Source: a virus (taxonomy: Duplodnaviria; Caudoviricetes). Taken from it: a stretch of 53,973 bases of DNA. The notes beneath the pieces were generated by a model. That model was not told where the DNA came from and did not search any database. It saw only the letters and a program-made list of their open reading frames with translations. Location: positions 1 through 53,973 of IMG/VR virus record IMGVR_UViG_3300042294_003360, one strand, 5' to 3'. Below, one piece after another: positions 34,301 through 43,864 of this stretch. Within the stretch, counting starts at the first letter, position 1; each line of letters opens with the position of its first letter. Both the position numbers and the translations under genes were made by a program.

Positions 34301-35080
34301 AACGTCCTGAGTAATTTTACTCAGTGTCGGTATGGTGACCTGTATGGCATTGATGCCATTCGTGTTGTCGGTGGATGTGTTGTAGTTCGCCGTGACTGAC
34401 AGTGGAGAGAACGTGCTGACCTCGTTGTCCCTGTACACAAATCTGTACATGAACTGGAACGCCTCCTCCTTGATGAAGTTGTTGGGGTATCCGGCATCAG
34501 CAATCTTTTCTATGCTCGGCGGTGCCCATGGCTGGTTCCGGATAAGGCTGATGACGGACGACAGCATCTTGTTCTGACCCGACTCGACCGTGTCCAACAC
34601 ATACGGAGCAACCGCAGTATTGTACGCCGGGTGGTTCAGTTTGATTCCCGCCTCGACATTGATACGGCGCTGCGGATTCTGCCCGTCAGTAAAGTACAAT
34701 AGATTTCCAACCATAGCAACGCTATGGATGAAGGGACCGAAACCCAACCCGCCAACCACCTGAGATGATAGTAGCACAGTGTAGGCATTCCCATCATCCG
34801 CATCGTAACAATAAATGCCGTGGCTGCTATTCGAATTCTGATTGAAGAAGAAGAGCCTGCGATTCGGTGTGTCCTCATATGCGCCTATGCAGATATTGAC
34901 GCCGGACGGAAGGGTTATGGTGATGGCTACGTTTCCCTCGATGTTGCTAACCTCTCCCACCTTGCCATGCTCGGACGAGGTGAAACGGATGTTCAATCCA
35001 TTGAGGTACTCCTCCTTGGCAACGAGCATGTACCCGTCGTCTTGATTTATTCCGCCGGTGAAGAGCTTCTTTGTGATCAT
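31304..35080 (-). CDS. Tail stabilisation/nozzle protein, N-terminal part with added Ig-like repeats
   Basis: FTGGINQD...EYLNGLNIR...GEVSNIEGN, LLYFTDG.N..RRIN, FQFMYRFVY.DNE.S, GNNVDGYD. Confidence 0.7.
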   Translation of the reverse strand: MITKKLFTGGINQDDGYMLVAKEEYLNGLNIRFTSSEHGKVGEVSNIEGNVAITITLPSGVNICIGAYEDTPNRRLFFFNQNSNSSHGIYCYDADDGNAYTVLLSSQVVGGLGFGPFIHSVAMVGNLLYFTDGQNPQRRINVEAGIKLNHPAYNTAVAPYVLDTVESGQNKMLSSVISLIRNQPWAPPSIEKIADAGYPNNFIKEEAFQFMYRFVYRDNEVSTFSPLSVTANYNTSTDNTNGINAIQVTIPTLSKITQDVKYVEVAVRYVLGGNVFVIKTFDSGFDTHNNGVTALSFKFYNDSVGVAVDNATSVKQFDSIPVRSKTLEVVKNRLFLGNNVDGYDTPTSTSLTLSSAVAGSSQVSGQWYKIIYRADGVTLTKYYVYLFDVAHPAEPGYYEPATQPNPSAFPTSASFASLNLVGANINAIAAYLGIQPQDIFQLYYVDADITITGITSSSLANTPIFKTDSSYRAGVVFFDEAGRKSGVVTNANAVRAIPDRAYDTVSFVREINWSLDNLQFSEIPTWATHYAVVRTKCLRTSFFQQLRSPTKLKYISKNAETGEYDPPSDTHTPGAFGVAIDISGLFSVGLGYQYQEGDLVKLYVSGVVAPYTLAVKDQTGSYVIADLINLDSTSKDILFEIYTPYVRSDVEPYFEVGQVYKINNPGLNTRRYSVVTGSFRGDTYLLSRGAYLTEVMSPNDKLWKNWNTDIGRVSSVVRAGQESLPTGVSYSNQIIQGTEINGLSTFDALDTNNLPIEMKQIQRLILSTKVNAEGNVLLAIGEQETASVYIGEAQILDSSGEAFLATTTGIIGTINILRGSYGTINPESVFKWKGEVMFFDANAGSWVRYNVNGLFPYSSYKMTKYFKKCGQDIMKYLQNPSEYNLANPNLPIRVLGGADPFHEEYLSSMPRMYLEPKNLVLEDMPLSSWNYPFTTAAAAMSVTPSSTPFTYQQGSGPSTSQQFTFSGTNLSINGTVTITAPSAFEVSKDNITFGNSITFTYLNTSATGNFRVRMKAGILAGSVAAANVTVVGGGASANLSVSGTVSVSVTPSITPSRLSIGGFSYTEGSGPSAPAELFTISVSSLSPSSGNITIIPPTDYEISTVGPGPGGFTTSSAVIAYTGGNTLASNQVWVRLRAGKPEGNYSLQEISISGGGASATVTVSGQVLPVGGTPTIYWYPGSGYGLSVSESCSMATGFPITLYSYNDPLTFGPASIVFINRTTSPTRLLGYTHIFMNGRNWDINPADGSVIGESADQC

Positions 35081-35838
35081 CAGTTCTTAATGGTTGGACC
35101 ATATGACCTGCGGATTACACGTGTGATATCCTCGGCGTCTATGGAGTTCATCCGGGCCCTAAGTATCCTGAGTGCGTTAAAGTATTCTGCCTCTGCAAGC
35201 TGCCTCTCCTGAAGTCCGTACTGCCTGCTGTTCTTCTTGTAGTTGAACACGATGTACTTCTTCAGTGTGTCTGCGGCATATGGGTGGATGGCGTTGGTCG
35301 AATCCACGGACAGACCGTCGCTGATGTAGTCCAGAACCATCTCGGTACCCACTATGCTCACATCTAGTTGTATCTCATCTCTCTCTCTGAGCACCTTGAA
35401 TGACTCTCGAGTAGACGAGAAATTATTGAAGATTCTTCCAAGATGTTCCCCCTTATCATTGATATAGTTAGTATACCAAAAACCTTCCCAGTTGTTAGGA
35501 AGTATACCGTTCTGTGCCTGTATGTCTCCATAGGGAACCTTGTTTCCGTTCGAGTCAAGCTTGTTCAGCCGGTTGAGGGTGTCCTTCTGCAACCATGGGT
35601 AGACATACTGACCGGCCTCGTTCCCAAGCCTAACCACATCAACGAAGTCGCACGGCAGTTTTACTGCCTTGTAAGAATTGACAGGTAGCCTTACGCTCTT
35701 GACCATCTGAAGCACGTCGAAGTTCAGCTCCCTCAGTCCAGTCACGCCGTACTGCAGGAACTGGATGTACCAGTGGAGCGTGTACCCCCGATCCGAGAGC
35801 GTTTCCCTTACCAGATTATCAAGAGTGTACGTTTTCAT
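35080..35838 (-). CDS. Tail ring/adaptor protein
   Basis: GLRELNFDV...LPCDFVD motif, position in the tail module. Confidence 0.6.
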   Translation of the reverse strand: MKTYTLDNLVRETLSDRGYTLHWYIQFLQYGVTGLRELNFDVLQMVKSVRLPVNSYKAVKLPCDFVDVVRLGNEAGQYVYPWLQKDTLNRLNKLDSNGNKVPYGDIQAQNGILPNNWEGFWYTNYINDKGEHLGRIFNNFSSTRESFKVLRERDEIQLDVSIVGTEMVLDYISDGLSVDSTNAIHPYAADTLKKYIVFNYKKNSRQYGLQERQLAEAEYFNALRILRARMNSIDAEDITRVIRRSYGPTIKN

Positions 35839-36458
35839 CAGTCCTTAGTTGTTTCGGCCCGGTCGGCAGGCGGAACCTGAACGAGCATGTTGTACACCAT
35901 CTGTATCGCCTGAGCCTCCATGTCCGCAGAAAGAGGGAACACGTCGTAGTCGCTCAGAACAGCAAGGTCAGCGCCGACCAGCCTGATGTACACATTGTTG
36001 ATGCTGAGTGCTGGCAGGTTCTTCGTGAATATGATTTCCTTCCCGGCAACCTCGTACCCTATGTTTCCCGACAGATCGCCGATCAACGCCTGAGGTTTGA
36101 TGACGCCGTAAAGGGATGTGGGTATCGGTATGAACGGGCAGTCGATGTCGTCCGTCTTTGACACATGCAGTACACCCATGTTCCTCGGAAGGCTGATGGG
36201 GATGGATGGAAGTATTGCCCTGCTCTTGCTGGTCTTGTACGTGGTTACCGGTACGTTGTCGTAGCTGTACACCATGCAGTTGTTCGGCACCGTATCGCCG
36301 GCAGGCATGTTGGCCTGAAAGTGGTCGGTCTTCAGGAGCTGGTTGCCCACCTGAACGACAAGCCTCTTCACGTCGTTCATATGGACGCGACCGCTGATGA
36401 CGGGATTGCCCTTCAGCATCCTCATTATCTGCTCGGATATGGAGTATATTGTCGTCAC
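35838..36458 (-). CDS. Tail ring/adaptor protein
   Basis: 206-aa coupled ORF (GTG start) in the tail module. Confidence 0.55.
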   Translation of the reverse strand: MTTIYSISEQIMRMLKGNPVISGRVHMNDVKRLVVQVGNQLLKTDHFQANMPAGDTVPNNCMVYSYDNVPVTTYKTSKSRAILPSIPISLPRNMGVLHVSKTDDIDCPFIPIPTSLYGVIKPQALIGDLSGNIGYEVAGKEIIFTKNLPALSINNVYIRLVGADLAVLSDYDVFPLSADMEAQAIQMVYNMLVQVPPADRAETTKD

Positions 36459-37153
36459 TGTCCTTCCTGAGTTTTAACCTGAGCGAACTGAACAACGTCA
36501 GCCGCAGACATGTTGAGACCGAAGTACGAGAGAGCTATGCTGATGATGTTGTTCACATCTATGTCCCTCCACTCGAGATCTACCGAATTGGCACTGTCAT
36601 ACGTTATGACCCTCCCGCTCTGCGTATACGCAAATACTGGCTTGGCCGGGCGGCGGAAGTAGTATACACCACCGGTGGCGCCGGTCGGGGGGAACAGCTG
36701 GATCTTGTCCTGCTTATTCATTATTGCAATCGGATCCCCCGAGCTGACCGGTATGATCTGAGACTCCAGCCTCTCAATCAGTTCCTCCTCGTTCAGAACC
36801 TGAACGCCGGAATATACATTCCTACCGAGTGTGCTGTTGTATAATGTCGTGTACAGAGAGATGAGGTGCTGGTAGTTTAGGTTTGGCGCCATTGTTATGA
36901 CACCACCCGGGGTGTCTACAGGGGCAAAGGTGTACAGCTCCTTGAACGGGGACAGTGCGTCGTCTATCCTCTGAGACTCCCCGTAAAGCGCAGCCTGAGT
37001 CTGTGCCGGCAATTTGGGATTGGTGTGGTACTGGTTGAACAGAACCATCTGCGCCCGGTCAAGAACCTCGTCTATCTCCTCGTGGGAGACGTACATGTTG
37101 TCATCCTTGTTCAGGTAGAAAAGCACCGTATCGTGTACCACCTTGATGTCCAT
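36455..37153 (-). CDS. Head-tail adaptor/ring protein
   Basis: LNK...Y...E....L.RAQ..LF and YFRRP.KP.FAY motifs. Confidence 0.6.
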   Translation of the reverse strand: MDIKVVHDTVLFYLNKDDNMYVSHEEIDEVLDRAQMVLFNQYHTNPKLPAQTQAALYGESQRIDDALSPFKELYTFAPVDTPGGVITMAPNLNYQHLISLYTTLYNSTLGRNVYSGVQVLNEEELIERLESQIIPVSSGDPIAIMNKQDKIQLFPPTGATGGVYYFRRPAKPVFAYTQSGRVITYDSANSVDLEWRDIDVNNIISIALSYFGLNMSAADVVQFAQVKTQEGQ

Positions 37154-37431
37154 CAGAATCTATTGTTGGGGATGTTCACGGTCTTTCCGATCTGTGATCC
37201 GTCCCTCCAGTTCTTGTCGTTGATGTATCCCTTCGGGCTGTCGTTCTTCGCGTGTCGAGCAAAGTAGCTCTTCACCTGACCCTCGGTCTTCCCGCCTTGG
37301 GTGCCCCACTTGCCACGGTGCTTGGCCTCGCCACCCTTCAGGGTAACCTCCCTGCCGGTCTTCGGGTTGACACCCTTGGCCTGCCAAGCATGCTTACCGT
37401 CCTTCGCTGCGTACACCTTGAAAAGGGCCAT
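37153..37431 (-). CDS. Small basic hypothetical protein
   Basis: 92 aa, K-rich, contains KSYFARH. Confidence 0.7.
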   Translation of the reverse strand: MALFKVYAAKDGKHAWQAKGVNPKTGREVTLKGGEAKHRGKWGTQGGKTEGQVKSYFARHAKNDSPKGYINDKNWRDGSQIGKTVNIPNNRF

Positions 37432-37657
37432 TGTTTACCTTTTGTTCGACGTTGTCCATACGTTTCTCGACGTTGTCTATCCTCCTTTCCATGGAAGGTA
37501 TGATCACCTCTGTCTGAGCCTTGGCCTCCAAAAGCTTCTTTAGGTCCGCCTTTATCTCGTTCACGGTGGACCATGAAATGATCCAGAAGCATGTGATAAG
37601 ACCCGGCGTTATCCATGCCTTGATCTCATTCTTCACGTTCTCAGACATCGTCGACAT
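37394..37657 (-). CDS. Single-TM coiled-coil protein (holin/antiholin-like)
   Basis: N-terminal TM plus coiled coil, next to lysis genes. Confidence 0.55.
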   Translation of the reverse strand: MSTMSENVKNEIKAWITPGLITCFWIISWSTVNEIKADLKKLLEAKAQTEVIIPSMERRIDNVEKRMDNVEQKVNNGPFQGVRSEGR

Positions 37658-37663
37658 TTTCTA

Positions 37664-37671
37664 CAAATTTA
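37664..37671 (-). promoter_or_regulatory. Bacteroidota -7 promoter box
   Basis: TAAATTTG on the minus strand, 6 nt before ATG 37657. Confidence 0.55.
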
Positions 37672-38244
37672 ACGCTTTGGCTTGAGCATTAGGTATATTA
37701 GAAGAATAAGCAACAGCAGAGACAGCACGAAAAGTATGGTCATTACCACCACCCTACTTCGGGCAAATGATACACGCTTGTCGGCCACCTCCAGATCGTA
37801 TGTGAGCTTGGCGTTCTTGTTCTCAAGATTGGTTGCGTACTCCCTGAGGGCAAATGTCTTGGCTTCGTCCTCACGGAATATGGTGTCGGTTATTCTCTCG
37901 TGGATGGTTACAACCCGGCCACACTCTTTTTTCATCTCGTCCAGTCTGGACAGGAGTCTCTCCTCTACCCTTCTGTCCCTGACACGGATGGTGTCCTTCT
38001 TCTGCATGATCAACGAGTCAATGATCGTAGACAGTATGTATGCTGTTTTTTCATCATATACAGTGTCTACAACAACGACAGTGTCGCTGACGATTCTCTC
38101 CTGTATAGGAAAGTGCATCGACACGAACGGGGCTATGATCGCCTTCTTTTTGGGAGTCACGTTCGGATCCGATGCAACCTTCCTGTACGGCTTAGTGGGG
38201 TTGCATGAAACGATAAGGAGCGCTATGAGTATGTACTTATTCAC
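37669..38244 (-). CDS. Putative unimolecular spanin
   Basis: Lipoprotein signal MNKYILIALLIVS-C plus C-terminal TM helix, next to the holin. Confidence 0.65.
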   Translation of the reverse strand: MNKYILIALLIVSCNPTKPYRKVASDPNVTPKKKAIIAPFVSMHFPIQERIVSDTVVVVDTVYDEKTAYILSTIIDSLIMQKKDTIRVRDRRVEERLLSRLDEMKKECGRVVTIHERITDTIFREDEAKTFALREYATNLENKNAKLTYDLEVADKRVSFARSRVVVMTILFVLSLLLLILLIYLMLKPKR

Positions 38245-38488
38245 TCACCCTCCTTTCGAGTTCGGAATAGTCCGACACGGTCAGCCTTGCCACACCGGCA
38301 GCGATGGCGCCAGCTACAGCAAGGTACCCAGCAATCTTGGAAAGGGCATCCGGAAGACCGACCTCAGGGAACTGGGACTGAAGTCCCATCAGGACAATGG
38401 ACAGTCCGGTAAGGAACGCGCCGAGCTTCTGGATCTTCACGAAGAAGGACGGAGAAGGAATCTGAAAACGAGCAATCAACTCTTTCAT
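38237..38488 (-). CDS. Putative holin (2 TM)
   Basis: RFQIPSPSFFVKIQ N-terminus and two hydrophobic helices. Confidence 0.7.
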   Translation of the reverse strand: MKELIARFQIPSPSFFVKIQKLGAFLTGLSIVLMGLQSQFPEVGLPDALSKIAGYLAVAGAIAAGVARLTVSDYSELERRVSE

Positions 38489-38499
38489 GTTACTTGGTT

Positions 38500-41400
38500 T
38501 TAGACTGGTATGAATTGAACGATATATACTATGTGAATCGGGAAGATAACGTAGTTGGCGCCACTCAAAGTGGCGGATGAAGTAACGGTATCAACCCTGA
38601 CCTGAACGTTCCCGTTGGTTAGAATCCGATATGCACATGCCCCTTCATAGAAGGCATCGTCAGCAAAATCGGTTCCGGATATGTTCTCATACTCGGTGCC
38701 GGTCACAAGATTCGGCAATGATCCGTACACCGTATGGTTCGGCCTCCATCCGGACGGGACTGTGGCAACGGTCACCCAAGAACCCGTGCTGAACGTGGCG
38801 GTCGTCTTGTACACAACGGCCTGAAGGGTGATGGTCATTATGTTGCCCTTGTTCGTCTTGACCAGTTCGTTGATTGAGTTCGCGGTAGTCAGGTCCCTAC
38901 CAAAGTTCCAACCAGAAGCAATAGTCAAGCTGGTGCTATCCATGTCGGCTCCGGAGCCTCCACTCGGAACGGCAGCCTTCTTGATCACTCCGTTTGCATC
39001 TGCATACAGCATGTTTATTGCACTAGCCGTAGAGTCTATCGTTGCCACACGAACCCTTCCACTTACATGCAGCTTTTCAGATGGTGATGTAGTTCCAATG
39101 CCGGTGTTTCCGGCAAAATAATTCTTGTCACTAGCTCCGGCCTGATACACACCCCACCTGTTTGTTATGCTCACAGGCTGGTCTCCATCGTTGAAGTCGT
39201 ACAAATCATTTATCAAAAGCCCGTAATAGTTTGTAAATGTTGTGGATTGAGTTCCGGCAACCGGGTAAACGCCATGGACAAACAGGCCAGCTCCATCTGA
39301 AACTTCGCCACCAGAAGCGGATGATTCAGTCTGAGTAAAAGCGGTTATTGCAGCCATAACCCTTTTGCCACCACCTGCACTTGGGCTCATCGTTATCGTT
39401 CCGGCATTAGAAAATGCGATCCTTTTAGTCCCAAACAGCCCTTGCAAATTCGCCCCTTCCTGAACAGTCGATGAACCAGAGAAATTGTACTTGATAAACG
39501 AACTAAATCCACTCCATACCTTACCGGAAGAGAATGAAGATCCGGCCCCTATCGTTCCAAGATCCACAGTAGAGTTGACCCCCATGTTTCCATTTGATCC
39601 ACTAAACGAAGGGCTAGACATTACCTGAAGCTTGGCTTCTGGCGATGTTGTTCCAATACCGACATTTGTTCCATTGTCAAATATCTGGCTGTTGCCAACC
39701 GTATTTCCGTTGGGTGTCCATTTGGCAACATAATTCAACGTGCCCGAACCGAATGGCTTCTGATTGACAATGCTCATAACAGAATCTACACCCTTCTGCC
39801 TCCACAGCCGTGTGGAAAGTAGGTTGCTATCCGCCACAAGGGTTCCGGTGGTGGTTATCGTTCCGCCGGAAAGTCCATACCCGGTAGCCACAGAAGTTAC
39901 GCCCGCAGGAACAGCCGTCTTGCGGAGGACACCGGATGCGTCAGCCCAAAGCATGTTGATAGGTGACGCCGAAGAGTCGATAGTTCTGACCCTGACCTTG
40001 CCGTCCACGTCCAGCCTCTCGGTCGGGGAGGTGGTGTTGATACCGACAAGGTTGCCGGACTGGAAGAGCCTCGATGTGTCTTGGGTGCTTGCCCCAGTCC
40101 ACCTTGCCATGTACCCACTTACGCCGGTTCCTGTGATTCTCGGGAGAGCCGCCACCGAGTCGATGCCTTTCTGAACCCTTGCCCGGGTAGCCATGGAAGA
40201 AGTGTCGAGAGCCAGCGTTCCCGATGTGGTAATGGTTCCGCCGGTCAGACCAAAACCCCCAGTCACCGAGGTGACCGTTCCGGTGCCTGCTGATATAGTC
40301 CAAGACCTGTCGGAACTGAGGTCGAACTGTGTGCCGTTGATTGTAAGGGTTCGAGACGTGGGCACACCCCCGAGTCCAGCCAAGGTATAGTTGGGGATGT
40401 TCAACGTATTGCTGCCGAATGTAGATGCTCCGCTGCTGCCGGTAGTGGTAAGCGAAATGTTGTTCTGTTTGATCGAGTTCAAAGAGTCAACCCCTTTCTG
40501 TCTCCATGCCCGAGTGGATAGAGCGACGGTATCGGCGCTTACGGTTCCGGTGTTGGTGATCGTAGAAAAATTCATTCCGGTGCCCGCCGCTACGGATGTT
40601 ACAGTTCCGGTTCCCGCCAAGATGTTCCACGCCCTGTCCGCAGACAGATCATAGGTGGTGCCATTGATTGTGAGATTCCTACTAGTCGGGACACCGCCGA
40701 GCCCGGACAGGGTGTATGTAGGCACATTCAGTGTGCTATTCACAAGTGTGGACGAACCGGAACTACCGGTTGTCGTCAGGGTCAGATTGTTCTGCTTGAC
40801 TGCAGACAGGCTGTCAACGGCCTTCTGAACCCGGGGTCTGGTGGCCAACACAGACGTGTCCGCACTGACAGATCCAGAGGATGTGATCGTTGAGAAGTTC
40901 ATGCCCGTTCCGGCAGATACAGACAGAACAGTTCCGCCACCAGAGCTAGCTATCAGGTTGACTACGCTATCTATCCCCTTCTGTCGCCATGCCCGGGTGG
41001 ACAAAGACAGGGTGTCCGCGTTTACCGTTCCGGTAGTTGTAATGGTTGAGAAGTTCATGCCAGTACCTGCAGCGACCGATGTTACCGTTCCGGAACCACT
41101 GCCGGATATCGTCCAAGACCTGTCTGCAGACAAGTCGTATGACGTGCCATTTATTGTCAGTGTTCGGGTTGTCGGGACACCACCAAGACCAGCCAATGTG
41201 TAATTGGGGACGTTGAGGGTGGTTCCATTAAATGTGGACGCGCCCGAACTGCCGGTGGTCGTTAGGGAGATATTGTTTTGCTTTATGGCTCCAAGGCTGT
41301 CGACCGCCTTTTGAGCCCGAGCCCTCGTGGCAAGTATAACAGTGTCTGCAGATACAGATCCGGAAGACGTGATCGTGGAAAAGTTCATGCCGGTACCAGA

Positions 41401-43812
41401 AGACACAGACAACACGGTTCCACCACCCGCACTAGAAATCAAATTCACAACCGAGTCGATACCTTTCTGCCTCCATGCCCGGGTTGAATACACCGTAGAG
41501 TCAACAGATCCTCCGGCAGGCACAGAGCTTTTCTTTATGGTTCCATCCAAGTCTTGGTATAGAATGTTCCTAGCCGTAGATGTGGAGTCTATCGTGTGTA
41601 TTTTTGCCCTGCCTTGGATTTTTATGCCGTTTGTTGGGCCAGCTATCCCCGCGCTATCAGAACCGATGCTGACACTGCCTGACACCGTCAACATATTATT
41701 ATCAACGCTGGTAGTATTGATTCCCCACCTAGCAACGCCAGAAAAGGTGGATCCGTATATGTATCCGGCATTACCCTGACCACGTATTGTGATCGGCCTG
41801 TCTGTCGGATCAAGGACGGGCCCGTTGCCATCCCTAGATATAACTAGGCCTCCGATCCTTGCATAGTCCCCGGATGATACGTATGGGATATCAAGATAGT
41901 ACAGCGGAGAGGTCGTGCCTATCCCAACCTTATTTCCAAGCTGGAATATCTGAGACGTGTCCATCGTCTTGGAGCCCGTCCACTTTGTTATGTACCCGGA
42001 GATTCCGGTTCCGCTGGCGTTTATGGCATTGACAGAATCAACCTGCTTCAACACCCTTGCGCGGGTGGCCATGACAGAGCTGTCGACAATTACGGATCCC
42101 GAGTTGGTTATCGTTGGGAAGCTGGTACCAAACCCGGCAGCCACAGAGGTGACAGTACCGAGCCCGCCACCGCTGATTAGCGAAGAAACGGAGTCTGCAA
42201 TTTTTTGCACCCTAGATCGTGTCGACAGTACAAACGTATCTGCAGACACCGTTCCAGTTGTGGTGATGGTTGGGAAGTTCATCCCAAGCCCGGCAGCCAC
42301 GGAGGTTACCGTTCCGGTTCCGGCCGAAATGGTCCATGTTCTGTCCGCGGATAGGTCGTAAGAGACTCCGTTGATTGTAAGGAACCTGTTCGTTGGTACG
42401 CCGCCCAGACCCGAAAGGGTATATGTCGGAACATTAAGGCTGTCTGACACCAGTGTCGACGAACCGGAGTTCCCGACCGTGGAAAGTTTCAGCTTGTTCT
42501 GCTTCGCGGATGAAAGGCTGTCGATTCCCTTCTGCCTCCACGCACGGGTTCCGATGACCGACGTATCTATGAAAGACACCGGAACCATTCCGGACCGGAC
42601 AACATCCCCACCGTTTGAGAACAGGATGCTCGTGGTCGGCGCCAACGAGTCAATGTTCGAAACATTCAGCGTACCAAGCAGATATGTCTTTGTGGTGGAT
42701 AAGTTGCCTATCGTTGTGGTGTTTGATCCGTTACCCCGGGAGGCATTTCCGATTACTATCTGGTTTGCCTGATTGTCGCCGGCCGGTCTAGAGTCTACGC
42801 CAACGAATACGCTCCCTATGGAGTTGATGTTGGGCTGACCGGTAGACCTGAGGTCTCCGGCCCCCGAGCCGATGTACACATTGTTCAGTCCGGCCACGTT
42901 GCTCTGTCCGGCATTGTATCCGATGGCCGTGTTGTTGGATACCGAAGACAAAGATGAAGACAGGGCGTTGTTGCCTATACCTACAGAGAACTGGTTTGTG
43001 TTCTGTATGGTCGCACCACCAGACACACCCACCCTGATCCTTTCGTTGAAGATCTTCTCTCCGGAAAAGGTCTGATTCCCAATCGTCACCACCCCCCCGA
43101 AGGTGGCAGATGCCGGCTGGAGGCGGAGGGTGTCGCCGAACTTGGACATCCCGTTGGCGTTCGGGACAGATCCTATGGCCGCGATGTTCCTTATGAAACC
43201 CGTACCCGGGCTGTAGTTGGGGATGTTCAGGACGCTCCCCGCAAGGGTGGCGGGACCGGCAGTACCGAGCGTTGTCAGAGTAAGCTTGTCCTGCTTGATA
43301 GAGCTCAGGCTGTCCACGCCCTTTTGAACCCGGGCCCTAGTGCCCATGATTATGGTGTCGACAGATACGGCACCGGAGGTCTTGATGGTGTCGAACTTCA
43401 TTCCCAGCCCGGAGAATACAGATGTGACCCGGGCTATGGATGCCACTGAGTCGATTCCTTTTTGGCGCCACGCTCTGGTCGAGATGGTGAGCGTGTCCAC
43501 GGATACGGCGCTAAATTGCCTCCACCTTACGGCCGTGCTGTCCCAGTAGAGGAACCCGTCCCGCTGGAGGGAGAATATCAGAAGACCGTGCCGGCGGGGT
43601 TGGACTACCACGCTGGTGTCAGACACCATGGGAACCATAAGGCCCTTGTTTGCCCCCCGAGCCGGGCCAATAGACATGTAGGCAGAATTGTCAGTAGCGG
43701 TGGACCGCCCGGCAGACAGGCTCCCCTTGAACACCATGTCCGGGACAGGGTTTATGACCTGAGACCTGACCAAAAAGGGGAAGAGCAACAAAAAGAATAG
43801 GATCCTTTTCAT
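38500..43812 (-). CDS. Repeat-rich fibre/adhesin-like protein with N-terminal signal peptide
   Basis: MKRILFFLLLFPFLVRSQ. Repeats STRAWRQKGIDS, GTVTSVAAG, VPT.R.LTING..YDLSADR.W and GIGTTSP. Confidence 0.75.
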   Translation of the reverse strand: MKRILFFLLLFPFLVRSQVINPVPDMVFKGSLSAGRSTATDNSAYMSIGPARGANKGLMVPMVSDTSVVVQPRRHGLLIFSLQRDGFLYWDSTAVRWRQFSAVSVDTLTISTRAWRQKGIDSVASIARVTSVFSGLGMKFDTIKTSGAVSVDTIIMGTRARVQKGVDSLSSIKQDKLTLTTLGTAGPATLAGSVLNIPNYSPGTGFIRNIAAIGSVPNANGMSKFGDTLRLQPASATFGGVVTIGNQTFSGEKIFNERIRVGVSGGATIQNTNQFSVGIGNNALSSSLSSVSNNTAIGYNAGQSNVAGLNNVYIGSGAGDLRSTGQPNINSIGSVFVGVDSRPAGDNQANQIVIGNASRGNGSNTTTIGNLSTTKTYLLGTLNVSNIDSLAPTTSILFSNGGDVVRSGMVPVSFIDTSVIGTRAWRQKGIDSLSSAKQNKLKLSTVGNSGSSTLVSDSLNVPTYTLSGLGGVPTNRFLTINGVSYDLSADRTWTISAGTGTVTSVAAGLGMNFPTITTTGTVSADTFVLSTRSRVQKIADSVSSLISGGGLGTVTSVAAGFGTSFPTITNSGSVIVDSSVMATRARVLKQVDSVNAINASGTGISGYITKWTGSKTMDTSQIFQLGNKVGIGTTSPLYYLDIPYVSSGDYARIGGLVISRDGNGPVLDPTDRPITIRGQGNAGYIYGSTFSGVARWGINTTSVDNNMLTVSGSVSIGSDSAGIAGPTNGIKIQGRAKIHTIDSTSTARNILYQDLDGTIKKSSVPAGGSVDSTVYSTRAWRQKGIDSVVNLISSAGGGTVLSVSSGTGMNFSTITSSGSVSADTVILATRARAQKAVDSLGAIKQNNISLTTTGSSGASTFNGTTLNVPNYTLAGLGGVPTTRTLTINGTSYDLSADRSWTISGSGSGTVTSVAAGTGMNFSTITTTGTVNADTLSLSTRAWRQKGIDSVVNLIASSGGGTVLSVSAGTGMNFSTITSSGSVSADTSVLATRPRVQKAVDSLSAVKQNNLTLTTTGSSGSSTLVNSTLNVPTYTLSGLGGVPTSRNLTINGTTYDLSADRAWNILAGTGTVTSVAAGTGMNFSTITNTGTVSADTVALSTRAWRQKGVDSLNSIKQNNISLTTTGSSGASTFGSNTLNIPNYTLAGLGGVPTSRTLTINGTQFDLSSDRSWTISAGTGTVTSVTGGFGLTGGTITTSGTLALDTSSMATRARVQKGIDSVAALPRITGTGVSGYMARWTGASTQDTSRLFQSGNLVGINTTSPTERLDVDGKVRVRTIDSSASPINMLWADASGVLRKTAVPAGVTSVATGYGLSGGTITTTGTLVADSNLLSTRLWRQKGVDSVMSIVNQKPFGSGTLNYVAKWTPNGNTVGNSQIFDNGTNVGIGTTSPEAKLQVMSSPSFSGSNGNMGVNSTVDLGTIGAGSSFSSGKVWSGFSSFIKYNFSGSSTVQEGANLQGLFGTKRIAFSNAGTITMSPSAGGGKRVMAAITAFTQTESSASGGEVSDGAGLFVHGVYPVAGTQSTTFTNYYGLLINDLYDFNDGDQPVSITNRWGVYQAGASDKNYFAGNTGIGTTSPSEKLHVSGRVRVATIDSTASAINMLYADANGVIKKAAVPSGGSGADMDSTSLTIASGWNFGRDLTTANSINELVKTNKGNIMTITLQAVVYKTTATFSTGSWVTVATVPSGWRPNHTVYGSLPNLVTGTEYENISGTDFADDAFYEGACAYRILTNGNVQVRVDTVTSSATLSGANYVIFPIHIVYIVQFIPV

Positions 43813-43816
43813 GTTG

Positions 43817-43824
43817 CAAATTTA
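43817..43824 (-). promoter_or_regulatory. Bacteroidota -7 promoter box
   Basis: TAAATTTG on the minus strand, 4 nt before ATG 43812. Confidence 0.6.
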
Positions 43825-43864
43825 ATAAGAATCCATCAGATACCCCCCGCAAGGAGCACCCCCC

